From NCBI GenBank assembly GCA_031416075.1, contig JANOSY010000014.1:32001-96000 (forward strand): DNA of 64,000 nt, read 5' to 3'. Under the pieces are notes generated by a model that was given only the letters and a program-made list of their open reading frames with translations, made no database searches and was not told the origin of the DNA. Positions 50,551-61,431 of the stretch are shown piece after piece. The translations under genes and the position numbers were made by a program. This stretch comes from Candidatus Tenderia sp. GTDB taxonomy: Bacteria > Pseudomonadota > Gammaproteobacteria > Tenderiales > Tenderiaceae. Every line of letters starts with the position of its first letter. Position 1 is the stretch's first letter.

Positions 50551-51315
50551 TTAATCCTCCCCCCGGTTAAGAAAGGCACGTACCCGTTTGTCGCTAGAGT
50601 GCTGTTTGAGATGAGCCGGGCCGCCGCTGGCGATCATGGTTTTGCTTTCGGCATCGAGAAATATGCCGTTGTTGCCAATGGCAAGGATGCTGGCCAGTTC
50701 GTGGGAGACGATTACAATGGTGGTGCCGAGGTTCTCTCTCAGCTCCAGTATCAGCTCATCCAGTCGGCGTGAGTTGAGCGGGTCCAGCCCGGCGCTCGGT
50801 TCATCAAAAAAGAGTATCTCTGGATCAAGGGCCATGGCGCGGGCGAGTCCGGCCCGCTTTTGCATACCACCACTGATCTCGGCGGGGTATAGCTCCTCAC
50901 AGCCGGCCAGCCCGACCAAGGCCAGTTTGTAGGCAATCAGATCTGACATCTCACCATCACTCAGCGTTGTATGCTCTTTTAACGGCAGGGCGATGTTCTC
51001 TGCCAGTGTCATGGAGCTGAAGAGCGCTCCACTCTGGAATAACACCCCCATAGTGCGTTTGATCTGGCGCTGCTGTTCTGCGGCAGCGTCTGTGAAGTTG
51101 ATGTTATTAATCACTACTTCCCCCTGAAGGGGGGGCTTGAGTCCGATAAGATGGCGTAACAGTGTGGTTTTGCCACAGCCACTCCCACCCATGATGATAA
51201 AAATATCACCACGCTGAACGGTAAAGTTAAGGTCTTGCTGAACAATATGCTCACCGTAAGATGCGCTGAGGTGACGTACCTGGATGTGTGGCGGTTGCTC
51301 CACATATGTGTCCAT
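50551..51315 (-). CDS. MlaF-like ABC ATPase
   Basis: GGSGCGKTT, LFQSGALFSS, ISGGMQKRAGLARAMALDP, DEPSAGLDP. Confidence 0.92.
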   Translation of the reverse strand: MDTYVEQPPHIQVRHLSASYGEHIVQQDLNFTVQRGDIFIIMGGSGCGKTTLLRHLIGLKPPLQGEVVINNINFTDAAAEQQRQIKRTMGVLFQSGALFSSMTLAENIALPLKEHTTLSDGEMSDLIAYKLALVGLAGCEELYPAEISGGMQKRAGLARAMALDPEILFFDEPSAGLDPLNSRRLDELILELRENLGTTIVIVSHELASILAIGNNGIFLDAESKTMIASGGPAHLKQHSSDKRVRAFLNRGED

Positions 51316-51316
51316 C

Positions 51317-52456
51317 TCAGATCCCCAGCTTTTGGTAGAGGATGGTCATCACAGAGGCGCTCACCACAACATAGATGATACTGGTCACCACGGCGGAGGT
51401 GGTGGCTTGGCCAACGGCGGCGGCGCTTCGTCCGCACTGAATGCCACGCAGGCAACCGGCAATGGCGATGCAGATGCCGTAGACCAGTGCCTTGCTTAGC
51501 CCCACCAGTATGTGGTTGATATCCATAATGTGCAGTGTTTGTACGTAATACTCAAAGATACTGATATTAAACGCGGTGACGGCAACCATCATGCCGGCCA
51601 GAATGCCTACCAGATCGGCATATAGCGTCAGCAGTGGCACCATGATGATGAGTGTGATCAGCCGGGGTAATACCAGATATTCAATGGGTGATATTCCAAG
51701 TGTACGCAGGGCGTCTATCTCCTCATTCACCTGCATGGTGCCGATCTCTGCGGCGTATGAGGCACCGGTACGTCCGGCGATGATGATCGCCGTCATCAGC
51801 GCCCCCACCTCACGCACCATGCCGATGCCGACCAGATCGGCGATATAGATCTCCGCCCCAAACAGCGCCAGCTGGCTCGCCCCCATATAGGCGAGGATCA
51901 TGCCGACCAAAAAGCTGATCAAAGAGACAATGGGTAGCGCCCGAGGGCCAGCATCCTGCAGCAGCAGGCCAATGTCTTCACGGCGAAAATGGGCACGGCC
52001 ACGCACTGTATTCGCCAGGGCAACTGCGCTACCACCAATGAAGCGTAGCGTCTGTGGTGCGTCATACCATAAATTTAAAGTGCTTTCGCCCACCTGATTG
52101 AGCAGTGACCCCGGTGCAGTGTTGAGATTCGGGTCATCACGTTGGTGGGTCGTCATCGCCAGTGACAGTAGTCGCTGTACACCTGATGGCAACCCCTGGT
52201 AGTTCACACTCACCCCATTTGCCAGACAGTATCTCTGGAGTTGTAATAAAAAAGCAGTCAGTGATGAGTCCCAAGAGCCCATGGATTGGGTATTGAAATG
52301 GAGCGAGCGGTAATCGCTGAGCTGTTCTAAAAGTGGCTGGATACTGGGTATCCCCCGCTGTAAAAGCCACTCTCCCATTAGCTGTAATACAACCCCTCCA
52401 GACGTTAGTGGCTGCAGTTGATAGTGCGTGGCCTCTGTGGCGGGGGGGAGGGACAT
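51317..52456 (-). CDS. MlaE-like permease with N-terminal STAS-like domain
   Basis: WDSS, ALPIV, REVGALMTAIIIAGRTGA, EIGTMQVNEEIDAL, VGQATTSAVV; ATG 52456 has a GGAG RBS. Confidence 0.9.
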   Translation of the reverse strand: MSLPPATEATHYQLQPLTSGGVVLQLMGEWLLQRGIPSIQPLLEQLSDYRSLHFNTQSMGSWDSSLTAFLLQLQRYCLANGVSVNYQGLPSGVQRLLSLAMTTHQRDDPNLNTAPGSLLNQVGESTLNLWYDAPQTLRFIGGSAVALANTVRGRAHFRREDIGLLLQDAGPRALPIVSLISFLVGMILAYMGASQLALFGAEIYIADLVGIGMVREVGALMTAIIIAGRTGASYAAEIGTMQVNEEIDALRTLGISPIEYLVLPRLITLIIMVPLLTLYADLVGILAGMMVAVTAFNISIFEYYVQTLHIMDINHILVGLSKALVYGICIAIAGCLRGIQCGRSAAAVGQATTSAVVTSIIYVVVSASVMTILYQKLGI

Positions 52457-52790
52457 TGCCTTGATAAGTCTCCAGTAATTAACCGCCATAGACGTCTGTT
52501 GCAGCATTGTAAAATCCTGGTCCACAGTGGTTTATTTCAAAGTCATCAGGAATCTATTCAATATCTTACCGATAGTATGACGGCACTTTGTTTGATAACT
52601 GATGGCCTCCTGGTTAATCGTATGGTGTGAGCTTAATGGTTATATGCAGGTTCTCTCCCTTCTCTAAAGAGTTTTAAATTAGTGCCGTTGTCTAGGGGGA
52701 GCAGTGGTGCAGCACCAATAGAATTTTAGTTGCAAGGGTATTGGTGAAAGCTAAGTTTTCATCTGTTTTGTGGTTGAAGAGGAAGCAAGG

Positions 52791-54422
52791 ATGGTTAAGT
52801 CGTTTGAGAAGTTACTGGGGATGTATAGCTGGAGGGCCAAAATATTAGGCTTAGCCAGTATTTTTGCTCTTGGCACACTGGCAGTGGGTGCCATGGGTGC
52901 CTACTCCATTCTCAAACTGAGTCAGGATGTTAAAGAACAGAACGCCAAATCGACAGCGCGGACGCAAATCATCGAAGAGGCGCAGTTTGCGCTGCTGAGA
53001 ATGGGGACAGCGCAGGCTGAGGTGATTGCACATGTCGATGTGGCCGAGATTAAAAAAGCCTCAGTCACCGCCATCAAAGCGGCCGCTGACCTGGAAGAAA
53101 AGCTGCATAACCTGCATGAAGCATTGCCAGATGATACCAATGTGAAGGAGTTACAGAAGCTGGTGCAAGACCTTAAACCACGGCGTATGCAGGTGATTAT
53201 CCTGGCACGGCGTGACCGTGACGATGAAGCGCTGGGAGCCCTTGAGGTGATGGTGCCTGTATTTAAACGTGTTGATGAGTTGGCCACCACCATTGTTGAT
53301 GAGCAGCGGCTGGTGACAAAACAGTATCTGGTGGATATTGAAGAGCAGGGCAAACAGACGGTTTATGTATTAATGATTTTTGTGGGTGTCGGCCTGTTTG
53401 TTAGCATTATTCTGAGTCTGATCTTGGCAAGATTTGCGGTGAAACCGATGTTTGTATTGGAACGGGCGATGGCTGCACTGGCAACCGGTGATCTACAGGT
53501 AAAACTGGGTGATGCCGGTCGCGATGAAGTGGGGCGTATGGTCAAGGCTATGAATAGTACGGTCGAAGATCTGCATGCCATCGTGACAAAAATACAGGGT
53601 GGTACCAATACGTTGAGCAGTGAGGCGGGTCGTGTGGCCAGTGCTGCCGATAAAATCCACAGCGTCTCTAATAATTTACATAAAGGTGTAAAAGGCATTA
53701 AAAACGATGCCGACATGGTGATGTCAACCACCAATAACGCGGCGCATGAGTTGGAGCAGGCGGCTGAGCGTGCTCAACAGACAGCAGACAGTTCTGAATC
53801 AACCGTTGGTACACTCAGCAAAACAACGGCAGGTTTTGAGCGTTTCCAAAATCAGATGGAAAGCACGGCGGAAGTGACCCGCGACCTTGCACGAAAAGCG
53901 GAAAATATTACCGCCATCACCAAAACTATTCGTGACATCTCATCACAAACCAATTTATTAGCACTGAACGCAGCGATTGAGGCGGCCCGTGCCGGTGAAC
54001 AAGGGCGTGGTTTTGCCGTGGTGGCGGATGAGGTCAGGCAGCTGGCTACCCGCACTGAATCAGCCACTTCAGAAATATCGACACTGGTCGAAACCATCTC
54101 GTCCAGTGTGAACAATGCTGTGGAGTTGCTAGACCGTTCAGTGGCCGAATCCAGTGAAAATATTTCGGGGTTAAAACAGGTGGTGCAGGAGACCGTACAT
54201 AATCGTGATCAGGCAGTTTATCTGCGTGATGTAATGCACCAGGTTGTAAGGATGATGGGTGAGCAGGAGCAGGCAGTGGGTGGAATTAATAAATCGGTAA
54301 ACGGGCTGTTTGATTTGAGTGCTGAAACCAGCAAACAGACGGAGATATTGCACTCTTTATCCGCCAGTCTTAATGAGGCCGCAGCCGATTTGGGTCAGAT
54401 CGTGGATAAGTTCAAGCTGTGA
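52791..54422 (+). CDS. Methyl-accepting chemotaxis protein
   Basis: TM - helical periplasmic domain - TM - HAMP (DEVG), [31 protein letters not shown]. Confidence 0.95.
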   Translation: MVKSFEKLLGMYSWRAKILGLASIFALGTLAVGAMGAYSILKLSQDVKEQNAKSTARTQIIEEAQFALLRMGTAQAEVIAHVDVAEIKKASVTAIKAAADLEEKLHNLHEALPDDTNVKELQKLVQDLKPRRMQVIILARRDRDDEALGALEVMVPVFKRVDELATTIVDEQRLVTKQYLVDIEEQGKQTVYVLMIFVGVGLFVSIILSLILARFAVKPMFVLERAMAALATGDLQVKLGDAGRDEVGRMVKAMNSTVEDLHAIVTKIQGGTNTLSSEAGRVASAADKIHSVSNNLHKGVKGIKNDADMVMSTTNNAAHELEQAAERAQQTADSSESTVGTLSKTTAGFERFQNQMESTAEVTRDLARKAENITAITKTIRDISSQTNLLALNAAIEAARAGEQGRGFAVVADEVRQLATRTESATSEISTLVETISSSVNNAVELLDRSVAESSENISGLKQVVQETVHNRDQAVYLRDVMHQVVRMMGEQEQAVGGINKSVNGLFDLSAETSKQTEILHSLSASLNEAAADLGQIVDKFKL

Positions 54423-54475
54423 TACCAACTATTAACAGTTAAACAATATTTTGTAATGTACAGGAGACTTTGATA

Positions 54476-55522
54476 ATGAAAATGGGACCTTTTGCTGTAA
54501 AAAGATTAACAACACAGATTGCCGTAGCGGTGATGGGTGCTTCGATGGCGTTTGGTGTCATTGCTGCCGGGACTATCAAACCCTCTGAGGAAGATATTAC
54601 AAAATATCTACGCCCCGCGGCCGTGCCACAACCCGCTGACAACATGATGACACCGGAACGAATAGAGTTGGGAAAATTTCTGTTTTTTGATCCACGCCTG
54701 TCGGGTTCTAATTTTATCAGTTGCGCCACCTGTCATAACCCTGCCATGGGATGGTCTGACGGCCAGCCGACGGCGATTGGTCACGGTATGGGACAGTTAG
54801 CGCGTTCGTCGCCAACGATACTGAATACCGCCTATCAATCCCTGATGATGTGGGATGGCCGTTTCCGTTCTCTGGAGGAGCAGGCCCTCGGCCCCATCCA
54901 GGATGGCGGCGAAATGGCACAACCGATGATTGAACTGATCCCGGAGATCAAGTCCATTTCCAAGTATGCGGTGATGTTTGAAGCCGCCTATCCCGGTGAA
55001 GGGGTGACCAAGGAGGGGATCGGCAAGGCGATCGCGAGCTTCGAGCGTTCTATTGTCTCAACCGATTCCGGCTTCGACCGTTGGTTGAAGGGGGTCGATA
55101 CGGCGATGAGTGACTCTGCCAAACGCGGCTTTACCCTTTTCAAGGGTAAGGCCAATTGCGCGGCTTGCCACAGCGGCTTCAATTTCAGCGACAACGGCTT
55201 TCACAACATCGGTCTACCCGATAGTAAGGATGATGGGCGCTACCGGGTTAAAAAGGTTGAGGTGCTGAAGGGTGCCTTCAAGACCCCAACCCTGCGTGAC
55301 GTCGCCCTTACTGCCCCCTATATGCACAACGGCCAGTACAGCACCTTGGCAGATGTGGTAGCCCACTACAATCGTGGTGGTGACAAAAATCCTGGTCATC
55401 TTAGCCCCAATATGAAACCGCTGAATCTCAGCAAGGCAGAGCAGCAGGATCTGGTTGAGTTTTTGAAGGCGCTGACCGGGGATCCATTGGCACTTACATT
55501 CCCACAGCTGCCGGTTAACTAA
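54476..55522 (+). CDS. Diheme bCcP/MauG-superfamily protein with Tyr at the heme-II axial position (MauG-like)
   Basis: LGKFLFFDPRLS, CATCH, WDGR..LEEQA..P..EM, CAACH, FKTPTLR, PYMHNG...HY. Confidence 0.88.
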   Translation: MKMGPFAVKRLTTQIAVAVMGASMAFGVIAAGTIKPSEEDITKYLRPAAVPQPADNMMTPERIELGKFLFFDPRLSGSNFISCATCHNPAMGWSDGQPTAIGHGMGQLARSSPTILNTAYQSLMMWDGRFRSLEEQALGPIQDGGEMAQPMIELIPEIKSISKYAVMFEAAYPGEGVTKEGIGKAIASFERSIVSTDSGFDRWLKGVDTAMSDSAKRGFTLFKGKANCAACHSGFNFSDNGFHNIGLPDSKDDGRYRVKKVEVLKGAFKTPTLRDVALTAPYMHNGQYSTLADVVAHYNRGGDKNPGHLSPNMKPLNLSKAEQQDLVEFLKALTGDPLALTFPQLPVN

Positions 55523-55547
55523 GATTGGATAGGAAAAGGAGATCATT

Positions 55548-55883
55548 ATGTTGAATACAAAGACGGTTGTGGCTGGTCTGGTTGTTGTCATGTTTTCGGT
55601 GGCGGCAGGTGCTGCGGAAGTGATTGTGGCGCAGAATAGTAAAAGCTTTAAAAAAGATGGTGCAAAAATTGAGAAAATAAGCGTTAAAGCTGGCGACTCA
55701 ATTTCATTCAAAAATGAAGATCCATTTTTTCATAATATTTTTTCGCTCTCTGACCTGAAAACATTTGATTTGGGCTCATACCCAGCAGGTGAGTCAAAGT
55801 CAGTCAAGTTTGACAAGCCGGGCGTGGCGGAAATTGAGTGCGCCATTCACCCAGACATGCTGCTGGAGGTTACGGTTAATTAA
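55548..55883 (+). CDS. Periplasmic cupredoxin (amicyanin-like type-1 Cu)
   Basis: Signal peptide; HNIFS ... FDKPG ... CAIHPDM (His, Cys-x2-His-x2-Met). Confidence 0.85.
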   Translation: MLNTKTVVAGLVVVMFSVAAGAAEVIVAQNSKSFKKDGAKIEKISVKAGDSISFKNEDPFFHNIFSLSDLKTFDLGSYPAGESKSVKFDKPGVAEIECAIHPDMLLEVTVN

Positions 55884-56539
55884 TGTTGCACTGGTGCTGT
55901 TCCTGGTTCGGAATAGCATTTCTGTTGGCGATGTTTGGTTTTGTCAATGTGGCAGAGGCTGCCAGGGAACGGCGCTAGGATGTGGACGAGATAAGGACGC
56001 AGCCGTTAATCCGAGGTGCTGTTGTTTTTAAATCATACTGCGTGATGTGTCATGGTGAAGCGGGCGATGGAGTGGCCCGTGCGACCAAGCTTTATGGACA
56101 GATGAACCTGGTTATCATGGAGCGATCGGATGAGTTTTATGAAAAGATCATTCGAGTGGGTGGGCTGGGTGTTGGGTTGTCGAAGTTTATGCCAGCTTGG
56201 AAGGATGAGCTTACGGATGAGCAGATAAAAGATGTGGCGGTCTATTTAAGTGCTGTTGGCTCACCGGAAAAACGTGGTGAGGCGGTTTTTAAGACTAACT
56301 GCATTCTTTGTCATGGAATTAAAGGCAATGGAAAGGGGCGGGCCGCCGTGCTTTATGACCCGCCACCCGCCGATTTGACACGCAGTGATAAAAATGATGA
56401 TTACAAGCGGTCGATCATTACGATGGGTGGTAAAGCAATGGGACGTTCTGAGGTGATGCCCGTATGGGGCAAACAATTAACAGTGCAGGAGATAGATGAT
56501 GTGGTTGTTTATCTTCGCACTATCGTCATGGACCTTTAG
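55883..56539 (+). pseudogene. Diheme cytochrome c interrupted by an in-frame TAG (55976-55978)
   Basis: ATG 55883 (coupled to the upstream TAA) encodes MLHWCCSWFGIAFLLAMFGFVNVAEA-ARERR*; the same frame continues DVDEIRTQ...CVMCH...CILCH. Confidence 0.65.
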
Positions 56540-56606
56540 TTCTTCTGGTGCAACAGGGCGCTGCTCTGCATGGCATGTGGCAGAATAAAAGACAGGGATA
56601 ACACAG

Positions 56607-57287
56607 ATGAAAAAACTGAAAAATTTGGTGTTGGTGCTGGCAGTGTTCAGCTACCTTATGGGTTCTGCTTATGCAAGTGAGGAGCGTGAAAGTCGCAATG
56701 AGGTGCGCGACACCATGAAACAGGCAAAGGCCAAAACCCGCCAGGCGACACGTGGTGGTTTGGTTTATAAAACCTACTGTGTGTTGTGTCACGGTTTACA
56801 TGGTGATGGTTCTGCCAGGATTGCCAAACTCCATAGTGGATTAAACCTGGTGATTGGGAAACAGGACGATACCTACTATGAAAAGATTATTCGTCAAGGC
56901 GGTGAAGGTGTGGGACGCTCCGGTTTTATGCCCACCTGGGATGATGAACTCTCCGACGAGCAGATCACTGATGTAGTGATCTACCTGTCGTTGGTCACCG
57001 ATCCGGTGCGTCGTGGTGAGGTGGTCTTTAAAACTAACTGTATCCTTTGTCATGGGGTGAATGGTGATGGTAAGGGGCGTGCCTCAGAGCTGTATGATCC
57101 ACCCCCAGCCAACCTGACACGCAGTAACAAAAACGATGATTATAAACGTTCGATCATCACGCTGGGTGGTGCAGCAATGGGCCGTTCAGAGGTGATGCCG
57201 GTCTGGGGCGAACAGCTGGGCGCTGATGAGATTAATGATGTGGTGGCCTATCTTCGGACCATTTTGGTGGTACCCCCTACAGAATAG
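56607..57287 (+). CDS. Diheme cytochrome c (two class I domains)
   Basis: Signal peptide (AYA), CVLCH...MPTW, CILCH...MPVW; paralog of the upstream gene. Confidence 0.88.
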   Translation: MKKLKNLVLVLAVFSYLMGSAYASEERESRNEVRDTMKQAKAKTRQATRGGLVYKTYCVLCHGLHGDGSARIAKLHSGLNLVIGKQDDTYYEKIIRQGGEGVGRSGFMPTWDDELSDEQITDVVIYLSLVTDPVRRGEVVFKTNCILCHGVNGDGKGRASELYDPPPANLTRSNKNDDYKRSIITLGGAAMGRSEVMPVWGEQLGADEINDVVAYLRTILVVPPTE

Positions 57288-57307
57288 AACGGACGTTTGT
57301 TTGCCCT

Positions 57308-57347
57308 AAGAGAGGGCGCGGAGATTGTCTCCGTGCCCTCTCTTTTT
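57308..57347 (+). terminator. Intrinsic terminator closing the MCP-MauG-like operon
   Basis: AAGAGAGGGCGCGGAGA-TTG-TCTCCGTGCCCTCTCTT-TTT. Confidence 0.8.
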
Positions 57348-57414
57348 ACTGCTTCTGCCGCTGGCATGGTTATAATGCAGCACTTTGAGTTGATAGCGAG
57401 CAGTAGGAATCCCC

Positions 57415-59670
57415 ATGAGCGATACACAACCGCGCCCTGATGATGGCATCGAGCGCCTGCCTCTCAAGAGTTTTTCTGAGAAGGCCTACCTTGAATACTC
57501 CATGTACGTCATTCTCGACCGGGCATTGCCACACATTGGCGATGGCATGAAGCCGGTACAGCGCCGTATTGTCTACGCGATGTCGGAGCTGGGACTCTCG
57601 GCGACGGCCAAGTTCAAGAAGTCGGCCCGTACCATCGGTGACGTGCTGGGTAAGTTCCATCCCCACGGCGACAGCGCCTGTTATGAGGCGATGGTGCACA
57701 TGGCCCAGCCCTTTTCGTTCCGTTATCCGCTGGTGGACGGACAGGGCAACTGGGGTTCGACTGATGATCCCAAATCCTTCGCCGCGATGCGGTATACCGA
57801 ATCGCGTCTGACCGCCTATGCGGAACTGCTGCTAAGCGAGGTCGCACACGGCACGGTGGAGTGGGTTCCCAATTTTGACGGTACGCTGGAAGAGCCAGCG
57901 GTACTGCCGGCACGTGTCCCCAATGTCTTGTTAAACGGTGTGACAGGCATTGCGGTCGGCATGGCCACCGACATCCCGCCGCACAACATGCGCGAGGTGG
58001 TAAGTGCCTGCATCCGCCTGCTGGAAGAGCCAAACGCCTCTGTCAGCGCCTTATGTGAACATATTCTTGGCCCTGATTATCCTACCGAGGCCGAGATCAT
58101 TACCGCCAAGGCCGACCTGATCAAGATGTATGAAAGTGGCAACGGCAGTGTCCGTATGCGCGCCACCTACGAGCGTGAGGATGCCGATATCATCATCACC
58201 GCGCTGCCTTATCAGGTCTCCGGTGCCAAGATCCTGGAGCAGATCGCTGCTCAGATGAACGCCAAAAAGCTGCCGATGGTGGAGGATCTGCGTGACGAGT
58301 CGGACCATGAAAACCCCACACGTCTGGTGATCACGCCACGTTCCAGCCGGGTTGATATTGAGGCGCTGATGTTGCACCTCTTTGCCACCACCGATCTGGA
58401 GCGTAGCTACCGCGTCAATTTTAACGTCATCGGCATCGATGGCCGACCGCAGGTGAAAAATCTGCGTCATATGCTCACCGAGTGGCTGGAGTTCCGCACC
58501 GAGACGGTCCGTAAGCGGCTGGAATATCGCCTTGGCAAGGTCAATCGCCGTCTGCATCTGTTGGAAGGTTTGCTGATTGCCTTCCTCAATCTTGACGAGG
58601 TGATCCAGATCATCCGCACCGAGGAGGAGCCCAAGGCGGTGCTGATGCAGCGCTTTGAGCTGACCGAAGAGCAGACCGACTACATCCTTGATACCAAACT
58701 GCGGCAGTTGGCGCGGCTGGAAGAGATGAAAATTCGCGGCGAGCAGGACGAGCTGGCCAAGGAGCGCGATCAGCTGGAGAAGATCCTCGGCTCCAAACAG
58801 CGGTTGAAGTCCTTGATCCGTAACGAGCTGCTGGCCGATGCCGAGCAGTATGGCGATGAGCGCCGTTCACCCATTGTCAGCCGTGGCGCCGCCAGCGCCC
58901 TGGATGAGACGGCGCTGACACCGGCAGAGCCGATCACCGTCATACTCTCTGATAAAGGTTGGGTGCGTGCCGCCAAGGGCCATGACATCGATCCACTGGC
59001 GCTGAGTTACAAGGCGGGGGATGGCTACCGTGCCCTGGCCCATGGCCGCAGCAATCAACTGGCGGTATTCCTTGACTCCACAGGTCGTTGCTACGCCGTG
59101 CCGGCCCACACGCTGCCTTCGGCCCGCGGCCAAGGCGAGCCGCTGACGGGCCGCCTGACACCCCCATCAGGGGCGGAGTTTGTGGCGGTGATCATGGGCA
59201 ACGAAGAGGATCGTTACCTGCTCGCCAGCGACGCCGGTTACGGCTTTGTCGCCAAACTCGGTGACCTGATGGCGCGCAACAAAAACGGCAAGACCCTGCT
59301 GACCCTGCCCGCTGGGGCCAAGGTGTTGCCGCCTGCCGCCATCGCCAATGTTGCCACTGGCAGCGTAGTGGCAGTGACAACGGAAGGGCGGATGCTGGTC
59401 TGTATGCTCTCCGACCTGCCGGAGCTGAGCAAGGGCAAGGGCAATAAGATCATCTCGATCCCTTCAGCGCGGGTTGCCAGCCGTGAAGAGTATGTGGTGA
59501 CGCTCAGTTCTGTTGCCCAGGGTGAGAGCCTGACACTCCACTGCGGCCAGCGCCACACCACCTTCAAGGCCACCGACCTTGACCACTACCGTGGTGAGCG
59601 TGGTGTTCGCGGCAACAAACTGCCACGCGGGTTTCAGCGGGTTGACCGGGCAGTGCCTGGGGATAAGTAG
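57415..59670 (+). CDS. parC: DNA topoisomerase IV subunit A
   Basis: [40 protein letters not shown], 751 aa. Confidence 0.97.
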   Translation: MSDTQPRPDDGIERLPLKSFSEKAYLEYSMYVILDRALPHIGDGMKPVQRRIVYAMSELGLSATAKFKKSARTIGDVLGKFHPHGDSACYEAMVHMAQPFSFRYPLVDGQGNWGSTDDPKSFAAMRYTESRLTAYAELLLSEVAHGTVEWVPNFDGTLEEPAVLPARVPNVLLNGVTGIAVGMATDIPPHNMREVVSACIRLLEEPNASVSALCEHILGPDYPTEAEIITAKADLIKMYESGNGSVRMRATYEREDADIIITALPYQVSGAKILEQIAAQMNAKKLPMVEDLRDESDHENPTRLVITPRSSRVDIEALMLHLFATTDLERSYRVNFNVIGIDGRPQVKNLRHMLTEWLEFRTETVRKRLEYRLGKVNRRLHLLEGLLIAFLNLDEVIQIIRTEEEPKAVLMQRFELTEEQTDYILDTKLRQLARLEEMKIRGEQDELAKERDQLEKILGSKQRLKSLIRNELLADAEQYGDERRSPIVSRGAASALDETALTPAEPITVILSDKGWVRAAKGHDIDPLALSYKAGDGYRALAHGRSNQLAVFLDSTGRCYAVPAHTLPSARGQGEPLTGRLTPPSGAEFVAVIMGNEEDRYLLASDAGYGFVAKLGDLMARNKNGKTLLTLPAGAKVLPPAAIANVATGSVVAVTTEGRMLVCMLSDLPELSKGKGNKIISIPSARVASREEYVVTLSSVAQGESLTLHCGQRHTTFKATDLDHYRGERGVRGNKLPRGFQRVDRAVPGDK

Positions 59671-59774
59671 TTGATGTGAGCCTCTGGTAGGTTGGCTCAC
59701 AGGGGTTCTCTGTGGGTTGTGGTGGGGGTGTGGAGTTGGTTTTAAGCGGTGTGTAGGGTTTTTCTTTTGCCCCC

Positions 59775-59801
59775 CTTGAACTCTTAATAATGACCCCACA
59801 T
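59775..59801 (+). promoter_or_regulatory. Sigma-32 (RpoH) promoter of htpX
   Basis: CTTGAA-N13-CCCCACAT. Confidence 0.75.
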
Positions 59802-59855
59802 CTAATGTGCCGAGGCCCCTGCCTCAAGATGGTTACCTGTGATTTTGGAGGATAA

Positions 59856-60737
59856 ATGAAACGTGTACTGCTATTCCTGGCCACCAATCTGGCCATTATT
59901 GTTGTCCTGAGCATCACCTTGAGGCTGCTGGGGGTGGATAGTATCCTTGATGAGCAGGGTGGCAACCTCAATATGAACTCACTGATGGTCTTTGCCGCCG
60001 TGTTTGGCATGGGGGGTTCATTTATCTCCCTGTTGATCTCCAAATGGGTTGCCAAACGTTCAACGGGCGCCCGTGTGATCGAGCAGCCCAGCAACGCCAC
60101 CGAGAAGTGGCTGGTGGATACCGTGCGCCGTCAGGCGGAAAAGGCCGGTATCGGCATGCCCGAAGTGGCGATCTTTGATTCACCTTCCCCCAACGCCTTT
60201 GCTACCGGTGCCCGTCGTGACGCCTCGCTGGTGGCGGTGAGCACCGGTCTGTTGAGTGCCATGGACAAGGATGAGGTTGAGGCGGTGCTGGCCCACGAGA
60301 TCAGCCATGTGGCCAATGGCGACATGATCACCCTGGCGCTGATCCAGGGGGTGGTGAACACCTTTGTCATCTTCTTCGCCCGCGTCATCGGTCACTTTGT
60401 CGACCGTGTCATCCTTAAAAATGAGCGTGGCCACGGCATCGGCTTCATGATTACCACTGTTGTAGCGGAGCTGGTCTTGGGGATTTTGGCCTCCACCATT
60501 GTGATGTGGTTTAGTCGCCAGCGTGAATTCCGTGCTGATGCCGGCGGTGCCAGCTTGGCAGGTCGTCAGAAAATGATCTCGGCCCTGGAGCGCCTTAAAC
60601 AGGGTGTGACGGAGCCGCTGCCCGATCGGTTGGCGGCCTTTGGTATCGCGGGTGGTATGGGTGGTGGCCTGAAAAAACTGTTTATGAGCCATCCGCCACT
60701 GGATGAGCGCATTGAGGCGCTGCGTCGTAACGCCTGA
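59856..60737 (+). CDS. htpX: Membrane zinc protease HtpX
   Basis: [35 protein letters not shown]. Confidence 0.97.
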   Translation: MKRVLLFLATNLAIIVVLSITLRLLGVDSILDEQGGNLNMNSLMVFAAVFGMGGSFISLLISKWVAKRSTGARVIEQPSNATEKWLVDTVRRQAEKAGIGMPEVAIFDSPSPNAFATGARRDASLVAVSTGLLSAMDKDEVEAVLAHEISHVANGDMITLALIQGVVNTFVIFFARVIGHFVDRVILKNERGHGIGFMITTVVAELVLGILASTIVMWFSRQREFRADAGGASLAGRQKMISALERLKQGVTEPLPDRLAAFGIAGGMGGGLKKLFMSHPPLDERIEALRRNA

Positions 60738-60807
60738 GTTCTTCCCCCTATCTCTGGCGACCGTGCTGGTCGCCAGTCTCCCTTGATAGCCTAAAAACCA
60801 CTTTATT

Positions 60808-60824
60808 ATTCAGCTTTCATTCAG
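60808..60824 (+). promoter_or_regulatory. PhoP/OmpR-type direct repeat upstream of the cytochrome c gene
   Basis: ATTCAG-CTTTC-ATTCAG, followed 11 nt later by -10-like TAACGT. Confidence 0.55.
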
Positions 60825-60947
60825 TTTCACTGGCGTAACGTTAACTCCGTGGGAAAGATTTTTTATTCGAACCTGTTGGTGCGAGTGAAAATAGAGAGGG
60901 GTCAACCAGCGATGGTTGATCAGGAAATTGAAAGAGGAGAACTCAAT

Positions 60948-61268
60948 ATGAAACGTATTATTGCTGCTGCTGTTATGGCTTCTGCCTTTGTTGCTGCCCC
61001 TGCTATGGCCGACCTGGATCTGGCCAAGAAGAGCGGCTGCTTGGCTTGCCACAGTGTTGATGCCAAGGTTGTTGGTCCAGCATGGAAAGATGTTGCTGCC
61101 AAGTACAAAGGCAAGGCTGATGCCAAGGCCACTCTGGTGAACTCTATTGCTAAGGGTAGCAAGGGTAGCTGGACTGCGGTGACTGGTGGTGTGCCAATGC
61201 CTCCGTACTCACCACGTGTTGCTGATGCCGATATCGGCAAGCTGGCTGACTTCATTCTTGGCCTGTAA
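60948..61268 (+). CDS. Cytochrome c551/c552 (class I monoheme)
   Basis: GAGGAG RBS, signal peptide (PAMA), CLACH, VVGPAW, PMPP. Confidence 0.92.
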   Translation: MKRIIAAAVMASAFVAAPAMADLDLAKKSGCLACHSVDAKVVGPAWKDVAAKYKGKADAKATLVNSIAKGSKGSWTAVTGGVPMPPYSPRVADADIGKLADFILGL

Positions 61269-61298
61269 GCATCACCTGTTGTAGTTAGGTACTTATGT

Positions 61299-61342
61299 AG
61301 CCTGGGGTGTGTCGAGGTTCACTCGACCCCCCGGGCTTTTTT
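61299..61342 (+). terminator. Intrinsic terminator after cytochrome c
   Basis: AGCCTGGGG..GTCGAG/CTCGAC..CCCCGGGCTTTTTT. Confidence 0.65.
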
Positions 61343-61431
61343 ACGTCCAGGATTTGTAGTTTGTATCCCTTCATCTGATATTTCCGGTTATGCTGTTCGG
61401 CCATATATTTCCAATATTGGCCGGTGTGGTG

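Noticed and set aside
54476-55883. Calling the cluster methylamine utilisation (mau) or a classical cytochrome c peroxidase
   Set aside because: No mauA/B/D/E in the window, and Tyr rather than Met at the heme-II ligand position argues against a canonical bCcP.
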